A stretch of DNA of 64,000 nucleotides from Balanoglossus misakiensis (lineage: Eukaryota; Animalia; Hemichordata), in assembly GCA_040954595.2 (NCBI GenBank), contig CM082588.2:4032156-4096155 (forward strand), given 5' to 3'. Shown one piece after another: positions 37,201 to 51,443 of this stretch. The position numbers and the translations under genes are program-made. The first letter of the stretch is position 1. Each line of letters opens with the position of its first letter. The notes beneath the pieces are model-generated. The model worked only from the letters and a program-made list of their open reading frames with translations, was not told the DNA's origin and ran no database searches.

Positions 37201-40200
37201 AGATCCTGTTTACCGTGCCACTATAATTTGCAACGAAATTCCTCTCTCCATAAGAAATAATAACGTGTCATTATTCAAAAAGTGGGATACATGATTTTCA
37301 TCATCACAACAAATTTAAGATAGAGTGTTCTACTACGGTACGTAGATTGAAATATCCTTTTGTTTACTGACTCTAATCTATGCTACTTTAGTATTCGATA
37401 CGTATCTTGCTCAGTTCCATTTGATTTGTTTCGCGTTTGTTATTATTGGCCATTTACGGATATGATGAAAATTACAATAATTTGTAAGTCTGGGGATGAA
37501 ATGTCCGAATGACTAACGTGTATCTGACGTCGTGAAATACCGCTGCTGTTTTCCGCATCAATCTGAAGGTCACGCGTCATCTATTTACTAGTGATGTACG
37601 TTGTGTATCTATTTGGGATTAATAGCTTGCATCTGTTATGAGGTCTTCCCCTCTCCATTCATTCTTGCCAATGAATGTTGTGATTTCGCGTACACGCAGG
37701 AAGCTGAACAGTTGAAGATTTTACAAATCACTCTCGGACGTAAATCACAGTCCCTACATGTTTTGACCGACACATATTTTTGCCGACGAAAAATACGCGA
37801 AGCTCTGATTGAAATCACAGCTGTTCGGGCGCGAAAACGCCTCCGTTTTGAACCAGCTTGTGCCTTTAACAACAATTTATTGTTATTTGCGCGCCGCATT
37901 GAATTTTACGATCCTCGTTTGGCGCTTGGTGACCTTAAGCGTACCTCCTCTGTTCGTGTTTCTGTCGCCTGAAATGTTTTACTTCAACATCGGAATATCG
38001 GATTCAGACCACATTAAGTGCTGTAATGTTGACAAGTGAAGTGGAAATCACTGTATATGAGGAGTATAAGTCTATAACGAACAAATGGAAATGTCATTGC
38101 AGAGTGAAACTGTCGATTGACACACGTAATGCGCATGTACTTCGAGGCAAGGCGCAACGCCATAAACAGAATTGGTTTTGACTAGTCCCTGCAGACGTAG
38201 GCCAGGGGACTTATAGAATGAGTCCCGTCCATCCGTCTATCGGTGCATTAGTTATACCACGATATGACAAATTTATGTCCCTTTGCTGGGCGATACAGCA
38301 TGTCCAAACATGGACAGTGTTCTATAACATAACAGTTACTGGTCATGTGTGCTGCAATATGCATTTTGCTATACTTGTGCCTATACCTTGAAATCTCCTC
38401 GTCCATGCAGTTACAACACTCGGTGTATCTCAGTCTACTGATCAAGTGAGGGCTATATGTCGTGGACAGCGACTTGTCGTCATGGTGATACCCACCATCC
38501 ATCTGCAGTGTTCACGCACTGTCGATTCCCACAAAATAGACTCCTTACCCCTTTACGATAAACCTTTTCACCGGAAACTTCGTTACGTTCACATCATTAA
38601 ACATCGCAGGGCAGCGTATTGTGCAAATGGATGAAATGACATAATCCAGTTTCAGAGATCTACATTCTGTGATTAGGCCATCGATAGCTGTGTCCTTATA
38701 AACCAGTGATTATCACAGTTGTCTGTGATGACGTCAGTTATTCATAAAATCACGAGAAAGGCAGAAACTTAAGTATGGCTAATAGTTTCCTCTTAGGGGA
38801 TAAGCGGTGGTGATACACTATGGTTATCGACAGATATTCTAACGATCCACTGAAGTCGAGTAAAACACGAAGTCTCTCCCAACTATTCTTGAAAGCATCA
38901 TGACCGACACAATATATCATCTTGTTCATCAGTATTTGCAATCACACATCTTTCCAACCAAAGTTTAACATCTGCAGTTTTTGATGTGAATATCATATAA
39001 TCTGGGAAGGTAATCATAAGGTGTATTTAGTGACCACCAAGGACAAACAGAATGAAGAAAACACGCATATATCCCTGATACTGGAAATTGAATCAAACTT
39101 GGCCAATCGAACCGACGTCTGCGCCGGAAATGAATACACGTTTCTACAATGATCAAATCATCTTGAGGTGTTTCACAATCCAAGCCATAACACACAAACT
39201 GAATAAGATAACTTAACAGTCATGTGACAACAAGAGTAAATCGCGTTTACTCTCGAGGATAGTATGAACAAAACCCACATACATGTACATGTCTCGTATA
39301 GACCAGCGCAGGCCGCAATCAACACAATATTTGGAGAGTACACTGGCTTCGGTAATTTTTCATCTAACCTACATAACAAGTCTCCAAGATTTTCGAGAAG
39401 CATATGAAACAACAATCCCGTTAACACACAAAATACTAAAACAAAAACAACAGCCAAAGGCTATCAAATACTAGTACCCTTAACAGCCAACGGAGCGTTC
39501 ACGACAATATTATACACAGTATACGTGTTAACTTCATAGATCTTCCCTTTTATCCATTGCTAACAACAAACAAAACAACCAAAAAAGACAGACAAATGAT
39601 GTTATTTTCTTCAAAAAGCTACCCAAGCAGAAAACAGCCCACATCGTTTGGTAGTGTAGGTGGATAGTATAATGCCGCTTGCTACTGTCAGGCGTACCGC
39701 GCAGTCATTCACCTAATTCCATGTTTATGGATATTAAGAGAGACTGCTGCATCGTAGCGCTAGGATCATCCTTTAATCGATAAAAATCGCCTGGGACACA
39801 TCAAAGGCTGTTTAGAGAAACAAATCACGTTTTCTTCCACCTTTCTTTCGAAACCCACAGAGTGGTGACCTTCGTGTTGGCTTGTTCTATTACTAAGATT
39901 TCTTTGAACCGGCCATATTATAAGTCATTTCACATGTAATAGGAACTCGTCTTTTGGATTTTTTTACTAATTATGCTGCATTGTTGCAAATAGGGCGGTG
40001 ACCTAGAGCTAATATTGTTTGGCAATGACAGACACCGTCGTTCTTGAATATGTGGCTTGCGTTCAAAACAAGTTACGCCTCAAGGCCTCTGCATGATGAC
40101 GAGATTTTAGCGGTCGTCAAGCTACTTTCAAAGTATGATATACAGTTCAAGGAATCTCTCTCTCTCTCTCTCTCTATCTTTCTTTCGGAAACCTAACACC

Positions 40201-40688
40201 CGCTGAAACTTCATGAATCTGATCGCGTCGTTCACCGGTGACGTTTTCGCTCACAGGTCGATCCGGAGATCAAAGTAATGTTCTGCTCCGCGAGCATTTG
40301 CGTCAGAATAATGGACCTTCATACAGACGGGAAATGGAGCTTACCGCGGTAAAAGTGCTGGCGGTGGCTGCAAATATCACCACATCCATTACCGTTTAAA
40401 TTGGTTTTCGCGATTGTTGCTGCAGTCTCCATAAAATTCCACGCATGAAGTGTCACGCGGATCGCGTTGCATGTACCTGTTAAGCAGCAGAGACATTGCA
40501 CTGTTATCAATACATGTACATTGAGATTCAGTGCCGTTTTTGACTATCGCAAAGCAATTTCCATCGACAATTATGTAAGAAGTACAAAAAATCAAGATAG
40601 ACGTGACGAGCCTTTGTAGTAACTATCCAACGGCATCTTACATGGCGGCGTTGCTCATAGGGGAAAATGATATTTTATTTCTAACAGC

Positions 40689-40766
40689 TTGACTTGCAAT
40701 TACCTGGCTGGCAAACCGTTGCTACGGTAATTAACCAAGTCTCGCGAGATCTCGCAATGAGCGGAT
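40689..40766 (+). mobile_element. Short interspersed repeat, copy 2 (3' half)
   Basis: ttgacttgcaattacctgg...gcaaaccgttgctacggtaattaaccaagtctcgcgagatctcgcaatgagcgga. Confidence 0.7.
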
Positions 40767-43700
40767 AATCATTTGTTGTGGAAACGGCGACGTTTGATCG
40801 AGTGGCATTTTGGCAGGTGCTTAATTTCTAAATTCTCCTCTAGAAGGTCACTGAGGTCAAGAAATCTCGCATTCCCATCGCTCAAAATGACATCCATTTT
40901 TCGACGCTGTTTGCCAGAAGTCGCATGGTGCAAGGTTGAATGCAAATGTCATTTCCTGGCTGAGAGAACATAAAACAGTTGTAACCATACCAGTCTTGTG
41001 AATGCTCTATTTAACGCTCCGGGGGTCCCTGGCTGAGGAATACGTTTGTACTAAATTCACATTAATGATACGGCGTGATAAAAAACACACACGCAATAAG
41101 TACACAGTATCCCTGTGCAAAACTGTCTAATGGAACTATTATTTTCAGTAAAATAAGCCCTCGTCATCTTTCCGCTGAGGAAATAACGCAACATACACAT
41201 CTTACCTAAGATAAATCCCTCCCATTGTGATCTTGGGGATGTATTACGTGGAGTTTTGGATTGATTTGCGAAAAGTTGGACAGAAAATAAGGGTATTTAC
41301 AATTAGCCACGCAATCATGGCGCATAACCATCAGCCATACACGGCTATTCAATAGACTTAAATTGCAGCGATATTTCCACGTGTAATGAGATCCCTATCG
41401 TCTTGGAGGCGCCAACCACCTCCTGCATATAGAAGATGACCCGTCTAATGTTCTTTGTGCAACAACACATTTCTGCCTTGTTTTTTTTGTCTTCATTAAA
41501 TAGTACAGCCTCCGCAGTTCGCACGCACTATTCAGCTATTTTATCCGCGGATAAGTACCTCACTTATTTCTTGGCATTTGTTCATTTATTTGGCAAACAG
41601 AGAGACGCGGTGGCCGCTGTAATAGAGTAGAATCCAACTGAGGCAAAATTCAACGACTCCAAGATCTGTTATGTGTACTTCACTGACTAGTCTCATCCTA
41701 AAAAAGACATGTATATTGTAGCACTCTTGTAAACAGGATGCACGAACAATACCAGGTGTCTTCTAAAAGTTATACCGACCGCGACAACTGATAAATATTT
41801 TCAAAGGTGCATATTCGAATTAATTTTGTTTGCGATAACGCTAGTCATATCGTGGATATAACATGTCGCTGAATTGTGTCCCCCTTATCTGAGATTGAAC
41901 TGATTTTTATCACTTATACACAGCGAAGCGTTCAGAGAATGCCAGATATGTATCGCTGGATCCTCATTTTTTGATGCACGCGATCTGATAACTATTATTC
42001 GAATAAGCCAGGGTTCCTTTCCTTTCAGGTATACCCGCTAAGTCAATCTTTTTTCTTGAACACCACACAATAAACTTGTTTTGAAATGAACATCTGATTA
42101 AAATAGACACGTGTATCGTAATATCAAGAGACTATAGAGCTGTCACTGTCGTTTATTCGCAGATGAAGTCATTGCCGGCCAAACAGTCGCCGTATTCAAT
42201 AATTCAATACTTGAACTTGTTTGTATGATCAATTACCATGCATCGTGATCATCAATGTATTCATTGCGTGTTTAGCGGTATCATAACAGTTTTAGACCAC
42301 GGTTGTTTTTGATGTCTTGGGGATTAAAGGGACACAAGTCGTAGCTTTGGTTATTTTTTTCAGTATTTTTATCAATTACAGTTTCTTGTTCCACTCCTTA
42401 TTCCATTGCCCACTAATCTGCTTTTCACAGTAGCTTTAAAATGAATTTAAGTCCGGACCTGAAATCAACTTTCAATGATAACAACGCTGCCTGTCCAAAG
42501 TTGTGTTGTGTAATATTACGGGCATTTCATTGTGCCTCGGATTCAGAAAGGAAACTACAGTTGATATAGTGAAAATAACAGAACTTATAGCTAATAGAGA
42601 TTTAAAAGACACCCTGCCTTGAAAACTACAAAACAGTAATCGGGATTGATTAGAATGCCAGGGAAATTTCGTATTTCGGAGATTGGTTTTGAAATGTGCA
42701 ACGGATCACCTTTGTTATGAAGTTAATCAAACGTCGTTAGACACTTTTATTATGTGTACCAAAGCTGAAAGCCTTGCCATTCGGATCAATACATGCACAC
42801 CCATTGCGAATCTCGTGAGCGGAAGTGTGGTATTTGAGCGATGGGCCTTGCATCGTGTGTATGCAACCCGCGATTAATAGTGGTTAAATGAGTAGGCCTA
42901 TTTCTTGCATGATTGTGTGCTACAGAAGTTTTCGGTGTAGCTGTCGGAAAACTAAAACGGAGAGTGGTATTTCAGGAGCGATTTCTTTTCTTCAAATATC
43001 ACTTTCATGCATAGTTCGTCTGCGAGATTCTTAATTGGCATATTCGACGCACCACGCAATCTGATCCTCCTAGACATTTTTCCTGACTTTTGTGATCGAG
43101 GTGACTGTATGCGTCATCTCAAGTTTTTGCAAAGGAAAGACAACACTCTTCCGGATTTGGGGAAAGAGAATCAATATTTTACGCGGGCGACAAGTTCAAC
43201 ACCAAAGTGTGCGTGTTTTATGACGGTGTCGGGTTCGACTTGAAAGCACGTTCGCATTAATTGGGCGTTATCGAGGAAATTCAGGGCGGGCTTTGCTGGC
43301 AGCTACTGGGAAGAACATGTTCTTCGTGACCACTTACGGCAAAATTTCTCCCTGCAAACGCACACCATTCTCGTATAAGAAAAGCTACGTACACCTTTGA
43401 TGACAATTTGTCAGGGGCGAGTATTATGTATCAAAGTCTGTCATAGCGCCCAGAGACCCGACGCATACATAGCTGAAAATCTTTTTTCAGTAATATTAAG
43501 CCGGGGTCCTCATTTTTCCTGCCCTCTGTCGCTTATATCCATACTCGCATGTCACGGGAAGCTCCCGTCTACTAATTATCCCCTAGGGCGACTGGGGAAG
43601 GCGTCTCGTCCTTGAACGCTTTATAGCATGCTTCGAACGTCTAAAATTATCATGACACATAGGTTTGAATGGGATCATCCGGGAAATCGTGCGGTCCTGT

Positions 43701-44711
43701 AGGGCCTGGTTAACAGTCTACGGCCCAGTGAAACTTACGTGTTAAATCTATTTTGCAGATCGTCACAAATTTCCTTTGTTTATCGTAAAAACGCGTGGAT
43801 AACAAATAATATTATATCTTTGTTGGATAAATTGCATGCGTCGATGATTTGTTATTGAAACATGGCGATAAACAAGTTAAAATCTTTTTACAGTTGAATA
43901 GACAAAATCAATCAGAAAGACTGGGTGGATTAATCACCCGTCACTGACACTGTTATTTAGGTATTGTTCCCTAATATTAATATATACATGTAGTCTTAAT
44001 TAAGGTAGAGTTATAAAAATGATTTAACTGGGACATCAATTAGTGTGACAATTGTGATGTGATGATCAATATGGAAAAAATGCATTAAAGTACAGCAAGA
44101 GTGAAGACAAGTATAAAACCAGTTTCCAGAATCAGTGACAGAAAAAAAAATACGTGAAAATGGTTATCGACATGATGGATATAACTCCGGAATTGGCAGT
44201 GGTGACAATTCATAAAGTGACGAGAAATAAAAAAAACGATAATCAATAAAATGCGCACAAGCGAATGCGGTGCCATTACGAGGACCAGAACCTCATTGTC
44301 GGAGAATGCCGTTGCCTTAGTTACCCCTGAATAAGCTGATTTTAAATGCTTGTTTCTTCGCAACGAAATAGCTATAAATTACCGCGCGGCTCAGCCATAA
44401 TGAATCCTATCTTGAACCGCTAATAAACACAAGGGCGAGTGGTTATTCTCAGCATGCACAGTTCGGTTTAAAATGCCTGTTTAGTTCCGTTTAGTGTGAG
44501 GGAGGCGATATTAATTGCTTATTTTCGGTCGACCCAATATGACATCCCTGACGTATAATATTCATTTAAAACAGTGACGTCCATCTGCTCAGTTGTGAAA
44601 TCCCCATCAGTCAATTCTATCTCTGCGATCGATCTTCGTCGTCTCTCACAATACACAAAAGAACTAAAAGAACTAAATCTAATTCATGTGAAGGAATAGA
44701 TCATTTCCAGA

Positions 44712-44892
44712 ACTCCACGAGACCACGCGAGATCTCGCGTGTCTAGGCAGTTTACATGGAGGACATTATCATCTCTTGTTGAGCTCTGCACCTATTCTAA
44801 TTTCACGCAACGCTTGATATGTATTACTTGCTTAGCAAACCGTTGCTACGGTAATTAATTAACCAAGTCTCGCGAGATCCCGCAGTGAGCGG
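44712..44892 (+). mobile_element. Short interspersed repeat, copy 3
   Basis: ccacgagaccacgcgagatctcgcgtgtctaggcagtttacat...gcaaaccgttgctacggtaattaattaaccaagtctcgcgagatcccgcagtgagcgga. Confidence 0.7.
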
Positions 44893-46558
44893 ACGGATCA
44901 ATACATGTGTGTCGTGCATACATGATTCTAACTTTCATTTATGCTTACAGTTGTTGTCATGGAAAAGCATTCTCCAATCGCGATTGCATTCGTTCATTTA
45001 ATTTGTGAATCCAATTACTTCTTCCAAGATGATTGAATCCTAAGTATAATTTAAAGTTTTTTTTCCAAAAAAAAATCGTAATCTGCATGAGTGAACTACA
45101 TGTATATACGAAGCGGTGATGGCGACATGGAGTAGCTGGAGACATTATTTCTGGACTTTTCTAATGACACGTGCTCACAAAATATCAAGATGCACAATCA
45201 GTAAGAAGAGGGTGGTCGATATGTCCCTCTTTTAATCAGGAATCCAAACTACACCTACTCAAGATTTACAGAGAACTCTCTAAACCAAACCATGTATTTG
45301 CTACACTAAAACAGTTCAGGAACTATGAGTGGAGCGGTCTCCAGACTGAGATGCCGCGCTGATACAGACGATGTTCAACTTGCTATTCCTCAGAGGGGAA
45401 GTGAAAGCTGACCGAGGGATTTGAACTTCGATCACGTAGCGGTAATAAATGTAAACGGTGTGTTTAATGTGAAATCCCGTGTAATTCTAATGGGTGTCGT
45501 TACATAGAATGCCCAACGGCATCGTGTTCGTTCTAATCCCAACAAAGACTTCTCTCATGTACATCTAAGTTAGCGCCTCTCACTCATCAACATTAAAAGA
45601 TGTGCAACTTAAACCCCCTGATCGGGGGAAATTGATCTGCTCAACTTCAGGGCAAATGAGACAATAAAGGTTGATTTTTTACAGTATTTTTTCCGGTGTA
45701 GTGAAAATGAGTTTCCTGTTCATTGCGCAGAACGCTGTACTTGGATTCCAACCATTCAATTCGACTTCACAGCCTGTGGTTGAATACTAATGAACCAAGG
45801 CTACACTAACAATGGCGATTGCGTAAAACACACAGTCAACTTTTTTAGGGCAGAAGAACACGCTGAAGTTGATATACTTAACTTGTATATACAGGACATG
45901 TTATTGGAAGATATGGCGCAGTCGCCAACAAGTCAAAGTAGGCACAACATGTATTGGTTGGCAGAGGGAACAATGGTGTCTGTTTATCGCGCATGTGTAG
46001 TTCAGACGACCGCCACCCTTTAATATTTCAAACTTCATAGCCACCGGATTCACGCAACAAACGATCCTGATCGACAGCAGGCTGTACATTACAAACACAC
46101 GTATCGATGACATTTGTTAGAATAAGCAAGACCGGTGTGTACATTTTCATAGTAAATATTTTATGCGTTTTCGTTCTCGCGAGGCCGTAAAGAGGCGCTG
46201 GTTTACGACGTGGGTTTCTGGCTGTAAAAAATTAAACGCTTAACAAGAATGTGATATAGCTGACATTAAGACATTGTGATATCAATAACCAATATGACAG
46301 TGCACTTTTCACCTGTTTGGTTCGGTCAGTGGCCTACAACGACAACTTTCTTTGTTAAAGTTTTCACAGTCACAAAACTAGAGGGCACAACATTTCACCC
46401 GGCTCAGTCTGCAAGAGTATTCTACTTTGATATTCGCCGCGTAAGGACTCATCCGCAAATACAGTCAATGCGACTCTCTCCTTAAATCTCGACTATGCTA
46501 ATGCCTTATAATATGGGCCACCGGCATCACACGTTATCAGAGAGAGAGAGAGAGCGCA

Positions 46559-46915
46559 AAACTCCACGGCACGTTTAATTGCACAGGTGAGGAAACATGA
46601 ACGCTTATTTTGATGAAATTCCATTGGCTCCCTGTAATGTATGTGATTAAATTCAAGACTTCACTTCTCTCACCCACGAAGCTTTGAATGGCGCCGCGCC
46701 TGAATACCTAACTGCACTCATACGAATGTAATAGTTATCCTACCAAGAAGAATTTGTTTCTTCAAATTCCATGTAATATGCTCAAATGTTTACGGTGATT
46801 GTACATCCATGTATGCTGCTGCTGCTACATGTACTTTGTGGAGTGGAATGACGAGTCATATTCCTTCAAAATCTAGTACAGACCTTTTAAAATCTGGACT
46901 GACTTTTGAGAAGCA
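46559..46915 (+). mobile_element. Decayed 3' fragment of an L2/CR1-type non-LTR retrotransposon (ORF2 C-terminus)
   Basis: The frameshifted translation NSTARLIAQVRKHE..ILMKFHWLPV..IKFK..LLTHEALNGAAPEYL..YGD..YAAA..FKSGL resembles the 'LHWLPV..RI.FK..L..KAL.G.AP.YL..YG.R.F..AA..WN.LP..FK..LKT' tail of L2/CR1 ORF2. Confidence 0.8.
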
Positions 46916-49900
46916 TTCGTGTACTCGTGTCAGACTGACTGTTTAACTGTTTAAAATTTCCGTGTACATTTGATAGACACCACGCGTTATTTCTGATCTA
47001 TTTGATGATTAATCGGGCGTTGTTCACCGGTGAGTAAAAGTATAACAGTAAAAAAGTTCAATCAATTTAGGATTTAGTGATACACGCTTGCTATATTTGT
47101 TTGTTTGAACCACCGTGGCCTCGGGAAAATAAATCAATGTCGCTGACATTGTGGAAATAATATTTTTTTAAACTTCCCCGCAATGAATGATTAAATTTGT
47201 TATTAAACTGTGATTTGGTATTGATAGATGCTCGGTAAATACTAAAGGTGGATAGTTTAATCAAGATGTACTCACCACTAGTTGATTCATGACAGGATAT
47301 CAGAAATGGCAACATAAATTCTGGAAAAAAAGAAATGAGTAACCTTCAATATTTGTGTTTGTGATCATGTTTTCCCTATATGATATGATGCAGATTTTGT
47401 TTATATTTTCTTGTGCGTGTGCGGCCAATGATGTATCTAACTTATGGGATGGCGTGTGATAACGATCTATGACGTCATTGAAATTAGTCTGGTGTGGTTT
47501 GAAGGCCACGCAAGTTGTATATACATGTGTGTCTAGGTATTTGTCTGGGTGTATGTCTGGGTGGGTTTTTTTTACCGTTTACTGGATAAACTGTGGGCAG
47601 TCGTTCGACAGCAGAATTAATATATTTTACCTGCGTCTAACCTAAAACGATTAAACTAGATTAGTGTCTAGACGTGCACGTGTATATAAAGGCAGGTGGT
47701 GTAAACTATGCTTTAGTTTGTACTATCAGTAACAGACAGGGCTTTGTGAACACTGTGTACACATATAGTTTGGCCAGATGTCACTGTTTTGCCCTGTCTG
47801 AACACCAAGCTTCTTTACCTGTACTGCGTGTATCTTATTTCCTGTAGAACTAACACTATGTTTACATCATTTGAGAATGTCAGCCTGGGATAGAAGATCA
47901 GATTAAAGTGAAGGGATGTCTCAGTGCGTGTTAACTTGTGTTAACACGATTACAACGGGAGACGAAATTAGAGCTCCTATATTTAAAGGATAAAGGACAA
48001 GTCTCTATTCACGCAGGAATCGACATTTGTCATTTCGAATTTCAAATATCGGCGAATGCGGAAAAATTTCGTTGATTAGTGAAATCACGGCGAGAAATGG
48101 TTTTACGATATGATTTAATCACGAAGGTGATTAATTTAATTTTTTATTTTATTTTTGAGTTTTGAAGGATGTTATTTTATATGGCTTCAGTGCTAAATAT
48201 CGTAATCACGATAGGCTAGCGTTGCTATGGGCCTACCGAGCTCTGGGCAGAAACTTGTTGCCATGGCCTTTGAAATAACAAATGCTGGATAGATAAATGA
48301 AATATACAATAGCGTCTTATGGGTTGTTGTTCATCATTCATTGGATTAACTTGGATTTGAATTCATAATGCATGTTTGTTTTTTCTCGTGGTTACAATAT
48401 GATCATCATTTAATCCTTTAGGTACAATAGTCTCAGCTAAATGTTTAATGTCTTTTTTCACTGCAGCACATTACTTTTCCTTTTTGAATATCTCCGACAG
48501 TTGATCCTGTTTTATTGTAGCATCCGTGCGGAAAACCAGGGGATTTTAGTGTCACGTTTACCGTTTTTTTGTCGAAACCGGGTCGTCAGGTTGATTTGGA
48601 AATGGAAAGAAGCGTTTCACAGCTCAGAGTTGACTGACAGTTTCGCGCTGCAGCGTCACGTGCCAAGGGGAAATCGAAACGTGATTGAAGCATGTGATTT
48701 TTTCGCCTATTGTGTCGTGTCAATATGTGTATGGAAGTGTGAAGATCATTCTTTTATGTACGTACAAATGTTTAATTTTGGCTATGACAGCTGCAAGGCA
48801 TGAAAGGCTTGTCACGACACATGATTTCGACTTCAAGTTTGTAATAGACACGTGTTTTCCCCTGAGTGTCCATGCTGTCACGTGGGACGTTACAACTACG
48901 ACCCTCCGTGGCCAATTTCAACATCCGGGCAACTATACTGTATGCGACTCGTGACTCCAGAATCATTACTTTCTTCCATATCTCAATAATTGTTTACTGC
49001 TGTCAGTGACTTTGTGACGCGTTCGGATAACTACTTCACCGAGAGGTTTCATGAACTTAATTTTGAAAATAAAGGGATTTGCCGATAAAGTGTGAAATCG
49101 GAGGTATATACCTTCCGCCCATCAGAATCACAGAAAACATCGACATGGGAGTGTGAGTCAGACAGAAGTTATAAAAACAGAGCGTAACCGGCATTTCGCG
49201 AACAACGATGTTAGCTGCAAAGCTCGTCAGGGAAGCATTTTCCTGAGCTTCGCATTGCCATTTCGGCGACTCAAAAATTGCTCTGGATGCCGTCGGCTAT
49301 CTGTGGTATTTCACCATCTATAACAATTAGTCTTGCGTCGGTACTTGGGAATCTGGGAATTTCGACAGAGAAATTACATAATCCAGGCATTTGATTGCTG
49401 TTTTTCAGCGAAAAATGTACGTTGACTTGGAGGTAGGCGTACATGTATAAAGATTGCGCGTACACACAGCGAATTGGTTAACGTCTGTGACGTAGGGATG
49501 TCATGGTCTACATGTACGTCACACACCAGGCGGAGACCAAGCTCATGAGATACAGAACGTGCATGGGTACTGAAAACGACAGTGGTACATTCTCATCAAG
49601 TCGAGTACTTTAAATGCATTTTCTTTAATCACTCGCAAGGTGAGAAAGGAACATAAAATGTAACCTCTGCTGCTTTATTTTGCAAGTCTGCGGGCGAGGC
49701 TTAAATATCAAGCCAATTTGAGAAGTTCCCAGAGTGACGTAAACAGGAAGTGACGTGTCTGGGGCTCTGTCTCCCGTGCCAGAGAAAAGAGAATAATTTC
49801 CAATGCTGCGTATATGGGAACATCATGGTACGAAAATTTATCACACAAGCAACTGAAGTACGGCCTTCTCTGGGCAACAAACGACGTAGCCGCAGTAACT

Positions 49901-50339
49901 ATCAAGTCACCGATCAGAAAGTGGCTCCAGGCACCCCAACAAGTTAAATCCCACTTTCACGATTCGCTTTTAACATTCGTTGTACGGATTCCAGATCTTT
50001 ATCTAAGCTTATGCCCCAATTTCCCCTATCCTGTTAGCCACCTGAATACCATAACACCGCGTTCCATGAAATCTGACGCAAAATAATAGGTCAGTAGAAA
50101 TTGGGTTTGGAAGATTAAACCGCCCTTTCTATGGAGGTTATAGGCTCTAGAACGCAGCTCCCATTAAGCACAATAGAATCAATACAAGTTTTAAAGTTAC
50201 TGTTACTCGTGGCTTTTTAATGGATCATGGAATCAAATTGCTTCAGAGGCCAACTTATCCACTGAGTATTACTGATTTCTATTGAGGGAAATAGGCCACT
50301 CGACATTTAACCCCCTCTCTCTCTCTCTCTCTCTCTTAA

Positions 50340-50684
50340 AGGGACAAAGTCTCTCTCTGGCTGCACTTTTTCCATTAATTATATTTGATACAAGACACTG
50401 TTTATGTTATTCTACATGTGGATATATAGTGAATCAATGTTCGACCACACACACTTTCCATCCCACTTGTAGACACGAGAGTGAAAAGCTCGCCAAAATG
50501 AATAATCAGTCTTTACCATTTATTCATTTTTGCGAGATCTTTACTCATATTCTACAAATGGGAAGGAATTTGTGTGTGGTCGAACATTGATTCACTATAT
50601 ATCCACATGTAGAATAACATAAACAGTGTCTTCTATCAAACACAATTAATAGAAAAAGGGCAGCGAGAGAGAGACTTTGTCCCT
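50340..50684. mobile_element. 345-bp palindromic MITE with TTAA target-site duplication (Kolobok-type termini)
   Basis: ttaa|agggacaaagtctctctct ... agagagagactttgtccct|ttaa. The two halves are inverted copies over ~165 bp. A TTAA TSD with 5'-AG termini fits Kolobok better than piggyBac (CCC). Confidence 0.85.
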
Positions 50685-51160
50685 TTAATTTACTAACGTG
50701 TACCAAGTCGACCACAAAAACAACGATATTGATAGGACATTAAGAATACTACAAAAATTACCACAAAACTAGGCAAACGATTGGAAAAGAAACAACTTAA
50801 TACAAAATCACATGGCCGTCACATCACTGCGCGCGGCTGTAACAGACGGAGTTAAACCTTATCCCAGAATCCTTTGCACCTGTTTTATAATGCCTCCTTG
50901 AGGTATTACGTTCCCAGTTTCACTCGCACCGTCTGCCATCACTCGGTGTCAGAACACTCAGTCCCACAGCTGTCTAAAAGGTATGTTTTACTCTTCTTTT
51001 TGAACGAAAAACCACTGGCTAACCTACACCGTGTATTTTTTTTAGTCAAATCAAAGTTGTGTGTTCGTATTACGTACGTCAACCTCAAACTGCTGTATTT
51101 TACAGCTCACAAAAACTTCAAGACGTTGTTCCGAACACTTCTTGTCAATTTTCAGCAGAT

Positions 51161-51443
51161 TGAGATCTTCTCCAAGTCATTGCTCCTTTTAGATGCACAT
51201 AGTACCTGAAAAAGCTCTAGTCACAAAGCGAAACGTCGTAAACAGAGAAAAAACCCACATATGTCGTGTACAATGGCTGCCGGCGGTCTTCTTTTCAATT
51301 TAGCTCACATAGACTACAAGGATACTGAGATCTTGCCCAAGTCATCACTGTCACTAAGATGTACCCAAAGAAGCTCATAGTTACAGAGCGAAACGTCGCA
51401 AACAGGAAGACATATATGTCGTGTACATGACAATGGCTGACGG
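51161..51443. repeat. Diverged ~120-bp direct duplication
   Basis: tgagatctt..ccaagtcat..aagctc..tag..gcgaaacgtcg.aaacag..atatgtcgtgtaca..caatggctg at 51161 and 51326. Confidence 0.7.

Noticed and set aside
45400-45440. Pol III B-box-like gttcaaatcc on the minus strand (similar ggttcgact at ~43232)
   Set aside because: No A-box or cloverleaf could be built; at most decayed SINE heads, so no tRNA is called.
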